IMG/VR virus record: IMGVR_UViG_3300025646_008465
Span: 1-64,000 of that record
Length of the DNA: 64,000 nucleotides
Direction: 5' to 3' (one strand)
Origin: a virus
A program made the translations under genes and the position numbers. Position 1 is the stretch's first letter. Each line of letters begins with the position of its first letter. The notes under the pieces were generated by a model, which was not told where the DNA came from, did not search any database, and worked only from the letters and a program-made list of their open reading frames with translations. Below, in pieces: positions 1-11,041 of the stretch.

Positions 1-1738
1 CAACAACAGTCATCCTTTCACCTGGTTTGTGTTGTAAATCATCTTTTTTTAGTTTTAAATTAATTTCTCCTTTAATAACCTTATTCATGTGACGGTTTGC
101 TGCTAAAGCACTTTCTTGAATAATACGTTGACCACTCAAAGTAATTGCTTCAGATAAAATAACATTACCATAACGGAAACTACCAAGAGCAGTTGCACCA
201 TACAAGCTATTCAACAAAATCTTCATAGTATATTGTTTCATATGGAATGAAGCACCTAATTCAGGATCATTTAATTCCTTATAAGCACGTTTCATTTCAT
301 TTTTATACAAAACACGTTCATCAAACCATTTTTTCAAAATAGTAGATAATACTGATTCTCTATCTGTTCTAAAGAATACACCATTAGCTGAAATGGCTAA
401 ATTCATATCTTTAATTAGATTTACTAAACCATTTACTTTGATTTTAGTACGTTTACGTTTAGCATTCTCAATGATAAGTTCCTCTTCAGGATCTTTAGCA
501 AGCAAGTCATTTAACCCTAAACGATTATTTCTATCATCTGCATCAATAATACGACCAACCATTGTTTCTTTACCAATGTTAATAGTCATGATAATTGAAG
601 GGTATAGTGAAGTTAAATCCTCATCAAACATATAATTGTAAATACCTGCTTTAGGACAAAACAAATAACCACCAGCATAATTTTTCTTTGAAAGTGGATT
701 ACGATCTTTAGCAGGAGGTACAATACCTTGACTTAGTAGGTAAGCTGAAATGGCTCCATCTTGGGTTTTAGTATTAGCATAAACTTCACTATAATTGTGT
801 TTACCTTTATGGGCCAAGTTTTTAGTAAGAGCTAGGTATTCTAACTTCTCATCTAATACTTTTAAGATTTCAACGTCTCGAAAGTTGTATTGAATAAATG
901 TATTAACATCTTTTTCAAATAGACGATCCAAACTACCTTCATATTCGATTTTATTAATACCAGCATATTTTTCTCCAATTGCATCTAATTTATAGCTAGG
1001 TTCATCAGCCCAGCTATATTTTTTATGCAAACGCATGTAATCTAGAGATTCAACACCTGCAATTTGAATATATTGATCTTTAGACCAGGGTGTTTCTCTA
1101 ACTACACCAATAGGAGATAAATAACGTGCAACATCTTCACCTAAGGTATTAGCAATTCGATAATACAAATAAGGAATATCAAAATAATCACTGTTCCAAC
1201 CTACTAAAATATCAGGATCAATTTCACGAATTTTTTCTAGAAATTTCATCAATAATTCCTCTTCAGTACGGCAAGGAATAATTTCTTTGTTTTTTGCTTT
1301 AGTATGTTTAAGTTGATTTTTAGCATCTAAAATAAGAATAGCCCATTCATCTAACTGTTTATCATACCATGCAATTGAAGTAACCTTTTTAGGAGCGCTC
1401 TTAATGTAGTCTTCAGTAAGAGCATCTCCCATTTCGGTTTCAATATCGAAAAATACTTCACGATGTGTTTTAGAGGGTTCATCATTAGTTCCATATTTTT
1501 CAATAAGAAACTTCTGATAAGGAGTCATATCATGGAAATGAAGTTTTGGATTATCAACTTCCCACCTAGCAATTTTCTTAAGTGGTTCTCCATTCAATCC
1601 TGTATGAGTAGAATCATATTCATCACACTCAACATAGACTTGATTATTCCATTCAATTTTACTATATCCAGTATCCTCCCACAAATGGATAAGATATCTG
1701 TTTTTCCCTAAATTTTGGGCAAAGCATTTTTTGTACAT
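1..1738 (-). CDS. Family B DNA polymerase (T4 gp43-like), 3' end outside the window
   Basis: Not in the ORF track; translated by hand from the ATG at 1738, which overlaps the upstream TAA. Exonuclease motifs FFDIETE, GWNSDYFD and YNFRD; polymerase motif A DLTSLYPS; motif B KILLNSLYG. Frame stays open to base 1. Confidence 0.95.
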   Translation of the reverse strand, partial: MYKKCFAQNLGKNRYLIHLWEDTGYSKIEWNNQVYVECDEYDSTHTGLNGEPLKKIARWEVDNPKLHFHDMTPYQKFLIEKYGTNDEPSKTHREVFFDIETEMGDALTEDYIKSAPKKVTSIAWYDKQLDEWAILILDAKNQLKHTKAKNKEIIPCRTEEELLMKFLEKIREIDPDILVGWNSDYFDIPYLYYRIANTLGEDVARYLSPIGVVRETPWSKDQYIQIAGVESLDYMRLHKKYSWADEPSYKLDAIGEKYAGINKIEYEGSLDRLFEKDVNTFIQYNFRDVEILKVLDEKLEYLALTKNLAHKGKHNYSEVYANTKTQDGAISAYLLSQGIVPPAKDRNPLSKKNYAGGYLFCPKAGIYNYMFDEDLTSLYPSIIMTINIGKETMVGRIIDADDRNNRLGLNDLLAKDPEEELIIENAKRKRTKIKVNGLVNLIKDMNLAISANGVFFRTDRESVLSTILKKWFDERVLYKNEMKRAYKELNDPELGASFHMKQYTMKILLNSLYGATALGSFRYGNVILSEAITLSGQRIIQESALAANRHMNKVIKGEINLKLKKDDLQHKPGERMTVV

Positions 1739-2373
1739 TAAAAGAATTTTTTTAGATCAGGTCTAAAATAATTAATGTTTTTCATTACCTTTTTATCGCG
1801 AGTTCGATAGACAATATAATAGTCTCCAACCTTCTCATAGTGACATGGTTCCTCTTGCTCTGCGGAACGAACTCTAACGGTTTCTTGTGCCTCTTCTTCA
1901 CTAGTGCAAGCTTTAGACATATTTGACGCTTGTACTTCTTGATAGGCCGGCCAAAGCTTATCCTTAAGACCATGAAGCATAGCTCCGTTGCCAATCGAGA
2001 CGTAGGCAATGTCACATAGAGCATCAAGAATCTCAACAATGTCTCCCGTTTCACAGGCATGTTTGTACTCTTCAAGTTCCTCAAGGATGAAATTGTAAAC
2101 AAACATCCATTCTTTTTCTTCGGGAATAATTGGTTCATAGTTGTTAGGTTTACCCATAGTGGCATTAAACGTTTCTACTTCACTTACAAATGGTACATAA
2201 TCTTTTAGTTGGATAATTTCTTGAGTTAACTGTCTCCATTTCTCAATCACGTCATCCCCAAGTTCAATTTTAGACATTAAGGATAAATCCATAACTTGTC
2301 CCTGAAGTAACTGGATAAGTTCGTCTTGTTTTTGTTCTAATGGTGTCATGATATTAAATTTGATGTCCTCCAT
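1738..2373 (-). CDS. MazG-like all-alpha NTP pyrophosphohydrolase with an N-terminal helical extension
   Basis: EELEEY...EILDALCD acidic metal-binding motifs and SNMSK. The start may be the ATG at 2349, just after the folE stop. Confidence 0.8.
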   Translation of the reverse strand: MEDIKFNIMTPLEQKQDELIQLLQGQVMDLSLMSKIELGDDVIEKWRQLTQEIIQLKDYVPFVSEVETFNATMGKPNNYEPIIPEEKEWMFVYNFILEELEEYKHACETGDIVEILDALCDIAYVSIGNGAMLHGLKDKLWPAYQEVQASNMSKACTSEEEAQETVRVRSAEQEEPCHYEKVGDYYIVYRTRDKKVMKNINYFRPDLKKFF

Positions 2374-3049
2374 TATTAATTTTCAATGAATCAAAAAACT
2401 CTTTACGAGCTTGATTATCATTATCCATAAACACACCTGATGCTTTAGTAGTAACCATTGAAGCACCTTGGTGTTTAACACCACGACAAGATACACAATT
2501 GTGAGTAGCAACTACTGAAACTATTACACCTTTATTACCTTCACATACAGTATTTACAGCGTTGTGGATAGCTGCTGTCAATTGTTCTTGAATTGCACCT
2601 CTACGGCCAAACAATTCTACAATTCGGTTCAATTTAGACAAACCAATTACTTGTCCTTCTTTACCAACTACATAACCAACATGAACTACTCCCCCAATTG
2701 TTTGGTGGTGATGTGAACACATTGAAGTAACTGGAATATTACGTTCGATTACAATACCATCATAACCATCTGAGGGGAATGAAGTAATATCGGACATTGC
2801 ATTGTAACGACCAGCCCACAAATCAAATACGTAAGCTTTAGCTACACGGCGAGGTGTTTCCATTGAGTTAGGATCATTTTGCCAATCACATCCTAATGCT
2901 GTGAGGAATTCACCATATGCTTTTTCAGCTTTATCAACCATTTCCCACTTTTGGTCTTCGGTAAGTGGGAATCCAGGAGCAACCCCATTAGCGAAACCTG
3001 TTTTAACACACTCTAAATCAGTGTGGTTTTTTCGTCTTTTGTTTTCCAT
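2354..3049 (-). CDS. folE: GTP cyclohydrolase I
   Basis: ETPRRVAK, SMCSHH, GLSKLNR, IQEQLT and HNCVSCRGV motifs. Confidence 0.96.
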   Translation of the reverse strand: MENKRRKNHTDLECVKTGFANGVAPGFPLTEDQKWEMVDKAEKAYGEFLTALGCDWQNDPNSMETPRRVAKAYVFDLWAGRYNAMSDITSFPSDGYDGIVIERNIPVTSMCSHHHQTIGGVVHVGYVVGKEGQVIGLSKLNRIVELFGRRGAIQEQLTAAIHNAVNTVCEGNKGVIVSVVATHNCVSCRGVKHQGASMVTTKASGVFMDNDNQARKEFFDSLKINNGGHQI

Positions 3050-3068
3050 ATAACTTATTTATTTTGTA

Positions 3069-3100
3069 TTAATATAAGAACTATTTTTAAGATAACCAAA
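3069..3100 (-). promoter_or_regulatory. Bacteroidota-type sigma70 promoter upstream of folE
   Basis: Minus strand reads TTTG-N20-TATATTAA; the same spacing recurs at four other sites. Confidence 0.65.
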
Positions 3101-3106
3101 TTAAAT

Positions 3107-3262
3107 TTAATTACATCCGCAATCTTCTGGGGTGTTTCCGGCATCATCTCCTCTGTTTACCCAATCAATATATCCTTGGGCTTCTTCTAAAGTTAAAGCA
3201 GAATAAAGAGTCTCTCCATTTTCAATTACTAAAAATACTCCGTCTTGTTCTTGAATTTCCAT
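3107..3262 (-). CDS. Small acidic hypothetical protein (51 aa)
   Basis: Translated by hand as MEIQEQDGVFLVIENGETLYSALTLEEAQGYIDWVNRGDDAGNTPEDCGCN. The ATG overlaps the stop of the upstream gene. Confidence 0.7.
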   Translation of the reverse strand: MEIQEQDGVFLVIENGETLYSALTLEEAQGYIDWVNRGDDAGNTPEDCGCN

Positions 3263-4989
3263 TATCTAAATCTTGATTTATAAGCATTATAATTTTGTAA
3301 TACCTCAGCATCTGTGAGGTTATAATTATTATATTGTAATACAGGTCCAATATAACAAGTATGAGTGTAAGTACCAAGACATCCTGTACTTCCTCCTATA
3401 TGCCAGTGAGCATAAGAACCATCATTACCTATCATATAAGTATAAGATTCCTTACGTCCATCTACGTATAAATGGTTTCCTGCAATTTGATTACCACTTC
3501 CATTTGACCATTGCATTGTTACTTGGTGCCATTCTCCATCAGCAATATTTGTACTAGAAATTGTTGAAATAGTACCTACCCCATTAGCAGCATAGTTGGA
3601 ATTGTCCCAAAAATTTACTTGGTATTGACCATTAGCGTTTAAAGAAGACCAAATGCGGGAACAACCACCTGAACCTCTATAACTTTCAGTCCAAAGTTGT
3701 CCTGTATTTACTCCTCCAATAAATTTAACCCAAAAACTAGTACACATTTTGCCATACCAAGATACAGAACTCCTATAAATTCTTCCAGAATTAAGTTTAT
3801 ATACTCCACCATAGTCTGTAACTAAACTTACTGTTCCTTCAGTAGTAAAATCATTTCCATTTCCTGTTATTTCTGAAATGGTTGTAGAATTTAGTTCTCC
3901 AACTGGGTTTTTAGCATCAATAACTGTTTTTAAAGATGAATTAATTACAATAGGAGCGCCATAATATACTTGTTTAATTTCAGTTTCAGATAATTCTCTA
4001 TCATAAACTAAAACTTTTTTAATATGCCCGTTAAAAAATCTCCCAGAGGCATCAGTACATCCTACTCTAAAAGTAGTACTAGTTGTATTTATATTTCTAG
4101 AATAATCTGAAGAGGTACCTGTTGAAGAAGAATATCCACCAGAGTTATACCTAAATAAAGTAGTATTATTTGTTGATGTTTGTTGTCGAGCAATAATACC
4201 TACCATATTCCATTTATTAGCTGTAACTGAGTTTAGGTTAGGAACCCAGTCATTATACCAGTAAGCAGAGCTTACATAAATTGTAGAATTATTTGTATAT
4301 AAAGATAATAAAAGTGAATTAGAGGGAGTTGCATTACTTCTTCCGCCCCAACTTACTAGACCTTTATAATTATCAAGACCCATAGTAGCTGTAGGTTTAA
4401 TAAAACAAATTACTGTTTTAGTACCTGAGGGGAGAGTGATACTATCATCATAATAATAATCGTTAGTTCCATCAAAATAAACTGCTTCTTCTGTTGTAGA
4501 AAAAGAAGGACCATTAGCAGATGCCATTACCACATTGGCACCACCTTCAGCTAAATTATACCAAAGAGCTCCAGACGAGCCATTAAGTGACATTTTATTA
4601 GAGGAATCTAATTCTAATACTAATCCATCAGAAATAATATTTTCATTTTTAGGACTAATTACAAAATAGTTTCCGGATGAAGCTAAATAAGAAAAAGCCT
4701 CATCTGCTGTGGTAAAAGTACTATTATTACCAGGTAAACCATTTACAATAGAAACTATATTAGCATCAGTTGCTGTCCAAAATACAGGTTTAGCAGAACC
4801 AGCAGCAATTCCTTTAATAGTATTACTATCACTTACAATAATATAACCATTATCTGGGGGGTTAGGGGTATTATAAAAGGTAAGTGAGCCTGTTAAGCTA
4901 GCAGAATCAACATCTACAGATACTTTACCTCGTCTTCTACCTTTACCTCGGTTTAAGTTGTTAGGGTCAAATGCTACTGGTCTTCTCAT
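3262..4989 (-). CDS. LamG/concanavalin A-like lectin-domain virion protein (2 LamG units)
   Basis: GLVLELD, FDGTNDY, W.MV, FNGHI..V.VYDRELSETEIKQ and EVLQNYNA.KSRF signatures. Confidence 0.8.
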   Translation of the reverse strand: MRRPVAFDPNNLNRGKGRRRGKVSVDVDSASLTGSLTFYNTPNPPDNGYIIVSDSNTIKGIAAGSAKPVFWTATDANIVSIVNGLPGNNSTFTTADEAFSYLASSGNYFVISPKNENIISDGLVLELDSSNKMSLNGSSGALWYNLAEGGANVVMASANGPSFSTTEEAVYFDGTNDYYYDDSITLPSGTKTVICFIKPTATMGLDNYKGLVSWGGRSNATPSNSLLLSLYTNNSTIYVSSAYWYNDWVPNLNSVTANKWNMVGIIARQQTSTNNTTLFRYNSGGYSSSTGTSSDYSRNINTTSTTFRVGCTDASGRFFNGHIKKVLVYDRELSETEIKQVYYGAPIVINSSLKTVIDAKNPVGELNSTTISEITGNGNDFTTEGTVSLVTDYGGVYKLNSGRIYRSSVSWYGKMCTSFWVKFIGGVNTGQLWTESYRGSGGCSRIWSSLNANGQYQVNFWDNSNYAANGVGTISTISSTNIADGEWHQVTMQWSNGSGNQIAGNHLYVDGRKESYTYMIGNDGSYAHWHIGGSTGCLGTYTHTCYIGPVLQYNNYNLTDAEVLQNYNAYKSRFR

Positions 4990-7070
4990 TATTTATATTT
5001 TATCCAAAGTTCTACTTCATTTACTGCTGAGGAAGGGCCTGGGAATGTGTTTGATCCACCCCAAGCATTTTTTACTCCTATAGCATAATACCAGTTACCA
5101 ATAGGGGATAAAGTACCATCTAAAAAAGTTGATGTTTGAGAATCATATCTCTCTAAACCACCCCAACCATTACTGCTAGCTCCAATACTTATAGCACTAT
5201 ATCCTGTAACACCACCAGACCCATTATCAGTTACTGGGTTATTGGTTTGGGACCAAATATTAGTAATACTTAAAGTTGGATATACTAATTTAAATGTATA
5301 TTTACTATCTAAACGAAACTTATCTAAGGCATGTAATATAGAATATTTATCAGCCCAAGGATTACCTTGGTTACTTTGTTTAGCTTCGGCCCAACCATTA
5401 GCATCTGAAAAGAAGGATCCGTTTCCTGAGTAGTGTCTAAATACTTTTAACCATTCACCACTAGTTTCTACTTCTCCTAATTTTAAATAATCTAAAAATC
5501 TTGATTTTTGAGCGTTGTAATTTTGAAGGACTTCATCTTTTGATAATTCTTTATTATAAATTTTCATAAAGCCCATTCTACCTTTAGTTCTATCCCAAGG
5601 CCCACTAAATCTTAAAGAATCTGAGCCATAATTAATAGTACTACTAGCAGTTTGTTCAGCTTTAAGTTCGCCATTTACATAGATTCTTTGTTTATCTGTA
5701 GTAGGATTGTAAGTACATGATATATGAGTAGGTACACCATAATCTAAACTAGCACCTCCCATATATTGACCATTTAAACCTTGAAGACCCCAAGTAATAG
5801 CCCCAGATGTGTTATTAATTTCAACAGTAAACCCATACCATGAGGTAAACATTACGTGACGACCACCAGATTCATAATCTAATTGAACCCAAAAGTCTAC
5901 TGATATTTCTTGGTTTTTATAAACTGAGTTATGGGGAAATTCTAATTCATCATTGGCTCCATCAAATATAAACCAATTCCCATCACCATAAGCACCATTT
6001 AATAAACTACCAGCAGCAACATTACCTGTTAAATCATAAACAGAAGTTGAACCACTCTCATAAGATGCTAAATTACCGGCATCAGCCGCAAATACTAAAC
6101 CATCTGTTATAATAGGACATCCATAGTAGTTTTGTTTAATTTCAGATTGAGTATGTGCTTTGTTGTATAAAGATACACCCCAAAATTTAGCTTGAGCTTT
6201 ATACCATGAGGGACCATCAGGATCCCACCCACTTAATGTAGTATTATTATTAGTATATGATATATTGCTTGATGGAGACATATTTAAATTACCTTTTAAT
6301 TCCCCATTATAATATACTGTTTGGTTACCATCTCTATCTAAAGTAATAGTAATTAATCCATTCCTATCAGAGATATTTTCACTTACTGTTAAATAATAAT
6401 CCATTCCAGTTCCCCAATAGGTATTCATAGCTAAATTTCCAGTCCCTGTTTTGTATACCCATATCCTACCAACACCTGTTCCTTGATAATAGATTATATC
6501 TGATGTAGATGAAGAAGCTATATTACACCAAAGGTATATAGAAGCATCTTCGGTACCTATAAACTTAGCACTAGAAACTATAGAATCATTAGTTCTATCT
6601 AATTCTATATACCCTTTAGGATTAAAAACAGGACCATTATATAAGGTAGCATTATTTCCATTCCCACTTAAATCATACCAAGTAGTTCCACTTCCTGGAT
6701 AAGAAGATATATTAGATGATTTTAAATCTAATACTAAACTATCAGTTACAGCATCTGATGGAATAGTATTAGTAAACATAATATCATTTTGAGTTGCTAA
6801 ATAAGCAGTAGCATCAGCAACATTAGAGACACTCCCTCCAATACTATTAACAAAGTTAATTAGTTCAGTATCGTCAACACAGTAAAAGTTAGGATCACCA
6901 GTTGCTGATGTCCTAACAAAATTGTGTTTACCTTCAACTGGAGGGACTCCATTATAAAGCCCACTTACTGAGGTTTTACTATAACCCTCAGAGCTTACAC
7001 CTAGGGTTACGTTTCCTTTTCTGCGGGTTTTACTTACATTAGAGGTACTATGTTTTACAACATACCCCAT
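4989..7070 (-). CDS. LamG-domain virion protein with a C-terminal fibrinogen-C-like domain
   Basis: Two LamG units (LVLDL..SYPGSGTTWYDLSGNGN...QNY), then a WLKVFRH...KYSIL...W.QT.NP...VELWIK domain. Confidence 0.75.
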   Translation of the reverse strand: MGYVVKHSTSNVSKTRRKGNVTLGVSSEGYSKTSVSGLYNGVPPVEGKHNFVRTSATGDPNFYCVDDTELINFVNSIGGSVSNVADATAYLATQNDIMFTNTIPSDAVTDSLVLDLKSSNISSYPGSGTTWYDLSGNGNNATLYNGPVFNPKGYIELDRTNDSIVSSAKFIGTEDASIYLWCNIASSSTSDIIYYQGTGVGRIWVYKTGTGNLAMNTYWGTGMDYYLTVSENISDRNGLITITLDRDGNQTVYYNGELKGNLNMSPSSNISYTNNNTTLSGWDPDGPSWYKAQAKFWGVSLYNKAHTQSEIKQNYYGCPIITDGLVFAADAGNLASYESGSTSVYDLTGNVAAGSLLNGAYGDGNWFIFDGANDELEFPHNSVYKNQEISVDFWVQLDYESGGRHVMFTSWYGFTVEINNTSGAITWGLQGLNGQYMGGASLDYGVPTHISCTYNPTTDKQRIYVNGELKAEQTASSTINYGSDSLRFSGPWDRTKGRMGFMKIYNKELSKDEVLQNYNAQKSRFLDYLKLGEVETSGEWLKVFRHYSGNGSFFSDANGWAEAKQSNQGNPWADKYSILHALDKFRLDSKYTFKLVYPTLSITNIWSQTNNPVTDNGSGGVTGYSAISIGASSNGWGGLERYDSQTSTFLDGTLSPIGNWYYAIGVKNAWGGSNTFPGPSSAVNEVELWIKYK

Positions 7071-7322
7071 TTATTCTCCTATTGGTGGGTTAGGATCAGT
7101 CCAATCTGGTCCAGCTAAAATAGTAAGAATTTCACTGTGAGTGTAAGGGCCTTGTTTTGTAGTTAAAGCCGTTACAGATGAAGGCATTTCACCTTCGTAC
7201 TTAACGAATGTTAAAGTCTCATCAAGTGATTTTCTAACTGTGTCAGCTGATGTCTCTAGTACTTGAGAGAAATCGATTGTAGCTAATTCACTAACATTGA
7301 AAATTACGTAATTTCTGTTCAT
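7071..7322 (-). CDS. Small protein accompanying the LamG proteins (possible fibre chaperone or adaptor)
   Basis: 83 aa ORF with its own ATATTTAT motif, lying between two LamG genes. Confidence 0.6.
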   Translation of the reverse strand: MNRNYVIFNVSELATIDFSQVLETSADTVRKSLDETLTFVKYEGEMPSSVTALTTKQGPYTHSEILTILAGPDWTDPNPPIGE

Positions 7323-7337
7323 TTTTGTTGTTTATTT

Positions 7338-7345
7338 ATAAATAT
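7338..7345 (-). promoter_or_regulatory. Putative late promoter motif ATATTTAT
   Basis: Recurs about 15-30 nt upstream of at least 10 structural or lysis genes. Confidence 0.55.
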
Positions 7346-10300
7346 TAATCTAATCCAAAGCGATTTCGTTCAGCATTGTAGTTTTGTAGGATTTGAGCTG
7401 CGGATAATGCTGTAGAGTATATTCTAGTAATAGATAAATTTCCTTCAACAGCTAATCCAGGACCTACATTATATCCACTTCCATTCCAATCATTACCTAC
7501 GGCTAAAAGAGTATTATTAGTGTTATAAGTTATAGCACCTGAAGTAGCCCATGAATGGATTTGTATTCCATTGGCATATATTCTTTGAGTAGTGCCATCA
7601 TAAGTATGAGCCAAATGATACCATTTATTAGTACTAATAGTATAAGCTTTAGTTTGATAGTTAAAACTTCCACCTATATTAACTCCTGCTGCTAAAACAT
7701 CAGTACTAGTTAACCAAATAGCGTATGAATTGTTTGAACTCGTACCATATTGTGAACCTATAAAAACTTGAACTGTATTATTTTCTATGTATACCCAACA
7801 TTCTTCAGTTATAGCTGAGGTAGGTCTTAAATTAGCCATGGGGACAGTAATAACATCATCAGCCCCATCAAATGAAATAGTTCCACCATTTCTGTTTTTA
7901 AAAACCGGACCATTAGTTAAGGTACCATTGTTCCCTCCACCACTTAAATCATAAATAGTATTTCCAGAATTATCAAATGAATTTACATTACCTGCATCTA
8001 AATGGAGAGAAAGGTTAGAAGTTACAATACCATCAGTACCAAATCTACTTCTTGTTGATTTGTAGTTTTCTAGGACTTCGGATGGGGATAATGTTTTAGA
8101 ATATACTTTAGCATTTGATACTTTACCATCAAAGTAATAGTTTTCACCAGGGCTACTTGCTATTCTAAAATCTGTACCTGTATGAGTCCAATCACAATTA
8201 GTATTTGTAGCACTAGTTATTTGAGATCCATTTTTATAAACTTTAGCGGTTTGGGTTGTTGGGTCCCAAGTAGCTACTACATGAGTCCATTCACCAACTG
8301 TTAAAGTGCCGCCTCCTGTATTAATAGTATTAGCATCTAATCTAAAAGATATAGTACCACTTGAATGTGCTAATCTATAAGAAGCATAGGTAACCCCAAT
8401 TAAATGTTTAAATCCACTTAAAGTATCAGGATTAACCCAAATTTCAAGAGAGAATGGGTCTGTATAAACATATTGTAAAGTTGAACTACCAAATGAAATA
8501 TAATCATCTGTGCCATCAAAATCGTAAATACCACTATTGGTAAAACCCCAAACAGGACCATTTACAGCTGTTCCATTTCTACCATTCCCGCTTCTATCGT
8601 AAACTGTAGTTCCTGTTCTAGGATATGAAGTTGTATTTCCAAAATCTACATCTAAAGCTAGTGAATCTGTTGTTGAGCGTGGGAGTTGAACTCGGTAGCG
8701 AGGGGCGGATGTAGTGTAATTAGATAATATTTCTTGAGGAGTTAAAACTCTATTATATATTTTTAAAAGTGCTATATCTCCATTAAAGGGGTGAGTACCT
8801 TGACCTTCACCATGACCCACCCAAATTTCTCCTACATTGGGTAATGATGAAATTCCTTCGTCTTGGGTAGTAATTAACGCCCCATTAGCATAGACTCTAG
8901 TAATAATTCTTCCAGATTCTATTCCTCCTGTAAATACTACATGCACCCATTCATTTTGAGGGACTTGATAACCAGTATAATTTCTATCAACGTGTTGCCC
9001 CATATCCCAATAAAAGTATCGGCTACTGTTTGTACCAAATCTATACCTAATACCACTATTATTGCCTGTAAACCAAAAATCATAGGCATTTGGAGAATAC
9101 TTTATCCAAGCTTCAGCTGACATGGCGTTTGTAGAACTAAAATTCATTCCACTAGGAGTATTTTTATAACCTGAATCATCAGAACCGTCAAAGTTAATGG
9201 TGCCCCCATTAGCAGTACTATAAGTAGGACCATTATTTAAAGTTATATTATTACCTTTACCACTTAAATCAGTCCAAGTAGTACCAGATAAGTAAGAATT
9301 TGGGTTAGCAGCGTCTAATTCTAATACTACTCCACCTTTAGTTACATCTCTTGAAGATTTAAATCTAGGATATTCAGCGAAATATTGTTGGGATACTTCG
9401 GATGCTGTAAATGCTTTGCCTTGGTTGATTTGAAGGGATGCTATATCACCTATAAAATATCCGGATGTTGCTTGTCCAATAGCATCTAACCAACCTACAC
9501 CCGAAATATTAGAAGCACCTGTGCCATCAAACTTTCCATCAACATAAAAATTTATTGAATTAGAAGAATTAACCCAAGTTAATAAATGCCAGTTACCATC
9601 ATTTACTACAGTAGTTCCGTATTTAGTAAGCCATGAACCATTATAATGAGTATAGGCAATAGTTCCTCCATTAATTTGAAATGTTGAATAAATAGGACCA
9701 CCGTTAGTATTAGATAAAATAGGACCGTAGTAATAACCCCCATTAACAGTACTACCAAATGATCCATTAGGGGTTCTTACCCAAGCATTTACTGTCCATG
9801 ATGGAGATGAATTAAGTATCCAAGCATTTTGTGTACTACCTTCAAATAATATTCTATCATTTACTCCGTCAAATTTCCAATATCCACCAAAATCAGGTTT
9901 ATATTCTACTCCGTTTTGTAATGAACCACTAATTATATTAGCAGCCATATTATAGGTGTCACCATTACCTGGGGTGTATGATACTAGATTACCTGCTTGA
10001 TAAGAACCGCTAATATTATCTGTTATAATAGGAGCTCCATAATAATTTTGAAGAATTTCAGGTGATGATAAAGTTTTAGTATAATACTTTACCTGAGAGA
10101 TATCTCCATTCCACCAATACCCTTCTTGAACCTCAGCCCCAATGTATATTTGTTCAGCATTATTAGCTTTAGTAAAAGCTCCTGAATTTCTTAATACTCC
10201 ATCTAAGTAAATTTTACCAGTACCATTATCGTAGGTATACACCATATGATGCCACTCTCCATCAAACACATTATAATTAGTAACAAAACTTCCTGCGTAA

Positions 10301-11022
10301 TTGCCATCTTGAACACCAAAATTTGTATTTCCTGTATTTTTTCCAAAAAATATCTCAGTACCAGCACCCGGGTCATTACCCCCAATAATAGGACGATAAC
10401 CATCTCCTGAAGCACCTTCATATTTAAAAGTAGCTTCAATACTCATATTATTCCCTAATTCAGCTCTATTTATAGGAACTGCTATGTTGTAATTTGAAGT
10501 TTGGGTACCATTAAAATTTACCCACCCTTTAGAATTAAAACCTATCCCACTCCCTAAAGTTCCATTGTTATCATTACCACTTAAATCAAAAGCAGTACTA
10601 CCACTTTGAGGGTAAGAAGATGGTTGAGAAAAATCTACAGCAAATATTATATTATCAGTTACTGTACCACTTAAAGTCTTATTTAAAATAAAATACTTCC
10701 CAGTAGATTGAACCCACACCAAAGCATCCCAAACATTATCAAATGGAACACTACCTACTCTATCAGGCAAACCATTAACTGTAGCTAAAATATCAGCTGG
10801 TAAAGATGTTTGGGTAGGATAAATTAAAGGTACTCCGTCTCCGTAAGCTTGGATTTTATTATCGGTAATAAAAACATAACCCTCAGCAGGGTTAATCATA
10901 TTATACCAAGTTTTACCCCCACTTGTAGGGATAATAGAAGAGTCGGTAGAGATTGAAACTCTACCGGCTTTTAAACTTCCATTAACAGCAGAGCCAGAAT
11001 TAACAGTAACTAAATTGGACAT
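7345..11022 (-). CDS. Large multi-LamG virion protein (about 5 LamG units)
   Basis: Repeated SYP.SG...DLSGN.NNGTL.NGP...FDG.DD...W.H...G.I....Y...L...EILQNY units. Confidence 0.82.
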   Translation of the reverse strand: MSNLVTVNSGSAVNGSLKAGRVSISTDSSIIPTSGGKTWYNMINPAEGYVFITDNKIQAYGDGVPLIYPTQTSLPADILATVNGLPDRVGSVPFDNVWDALVWVQSTGKYFILNKTLSGTVTDNIIFAVDFSQPSSYPQSGSTAFDLSGNDNNGTLGSGIGFNSKGWVNFNGTQTSNYNIAVPINRAELGNNMSIEATFKYEGASGDGYRPIIGGNDPGAGTEIFFGKNTGNTNFGVQDGNYAGSFVTNYNVFDGEWHHMVYTYDNGTGKIYLDGVLRNSGAFTKANNAEQIYIGAEVQEGYWWNGDISQVKYYTKTLSSPEILQNYYGAPIITDNISGSYQAGNLVSYTPGNGDTYNMAANIISGSLQNGVEYKPDFGGYWKFDGVNDRILFEGSTQNAWILNSSPSWTVNAWVRTPNGSFGSTVNGGYYYGPILSNTNGGPIYSTFQINGGTIAYTHYNGSWLTKYGTTVVNDGNWHLLTWVNSSNSINFYVDGKFDGTGASNISGVGWLDAIGQATSGYFIGDIASLQINQGKAFTASEVSQQYFAEYPRFKSSRDVTKGGVVLELDAANPNSYLSGTTWTDLSGKGNNITLNNGPTYSTANGGTINFDGSDDSGYKNTPSGMNFSSTNAMSAEAWIKYSPNAYDFWFTGNNSGIRYRFGTNSSRYFYWDMGQHVDRNYTGYQVPQNEWVHVVFTGGIESGRIITRVYANGALITTQDEGISSLPNVGEIWVGHGEGQGTHPFNGDIALLKIYNRVLTPQEILSNYTTSAPRYRVQLPRSTTDSLALDVDFGNTTSYPRTGTTVYDRSGNGRNGTAVNGPVWGFTNSGIYDFDGTDDYISFGSSTLQYVYTDPFSLEIWVNPDTLSGFKHLIGVTYASYRLAHSSGTISFRLDANTINTGGGTLTVGEWTHVVATWDPTTQTAKVYKNGSQITSATNTNCDWTHTGTDFRIASSPGENYYFDGKVSNAKVYSKTLSPSEVLENYKSTRSRFGTDGIVTSNLSLHLDAGNVNSFDNSGNTIYDLSGGGNNGTLTNGPVFKNRNGGTISFDGADDVITVPMANLRPTSAITEECWVYIENNTVQVFIGSQYGTSSNNSYAIWLTSTDVLAAGVNIGGSFNYQTKAYTISTNKWYHLAHTYDGTTQRIYANGIQIHSWATSGAITYNTNNTLLAVGNDWNGSGYNVGPGLAVEGNLSITRIYSTALSAAQILQNYNAERNRFGLD

Positions 11023-11041
11023 TCAATTATGGGTTTTACCC

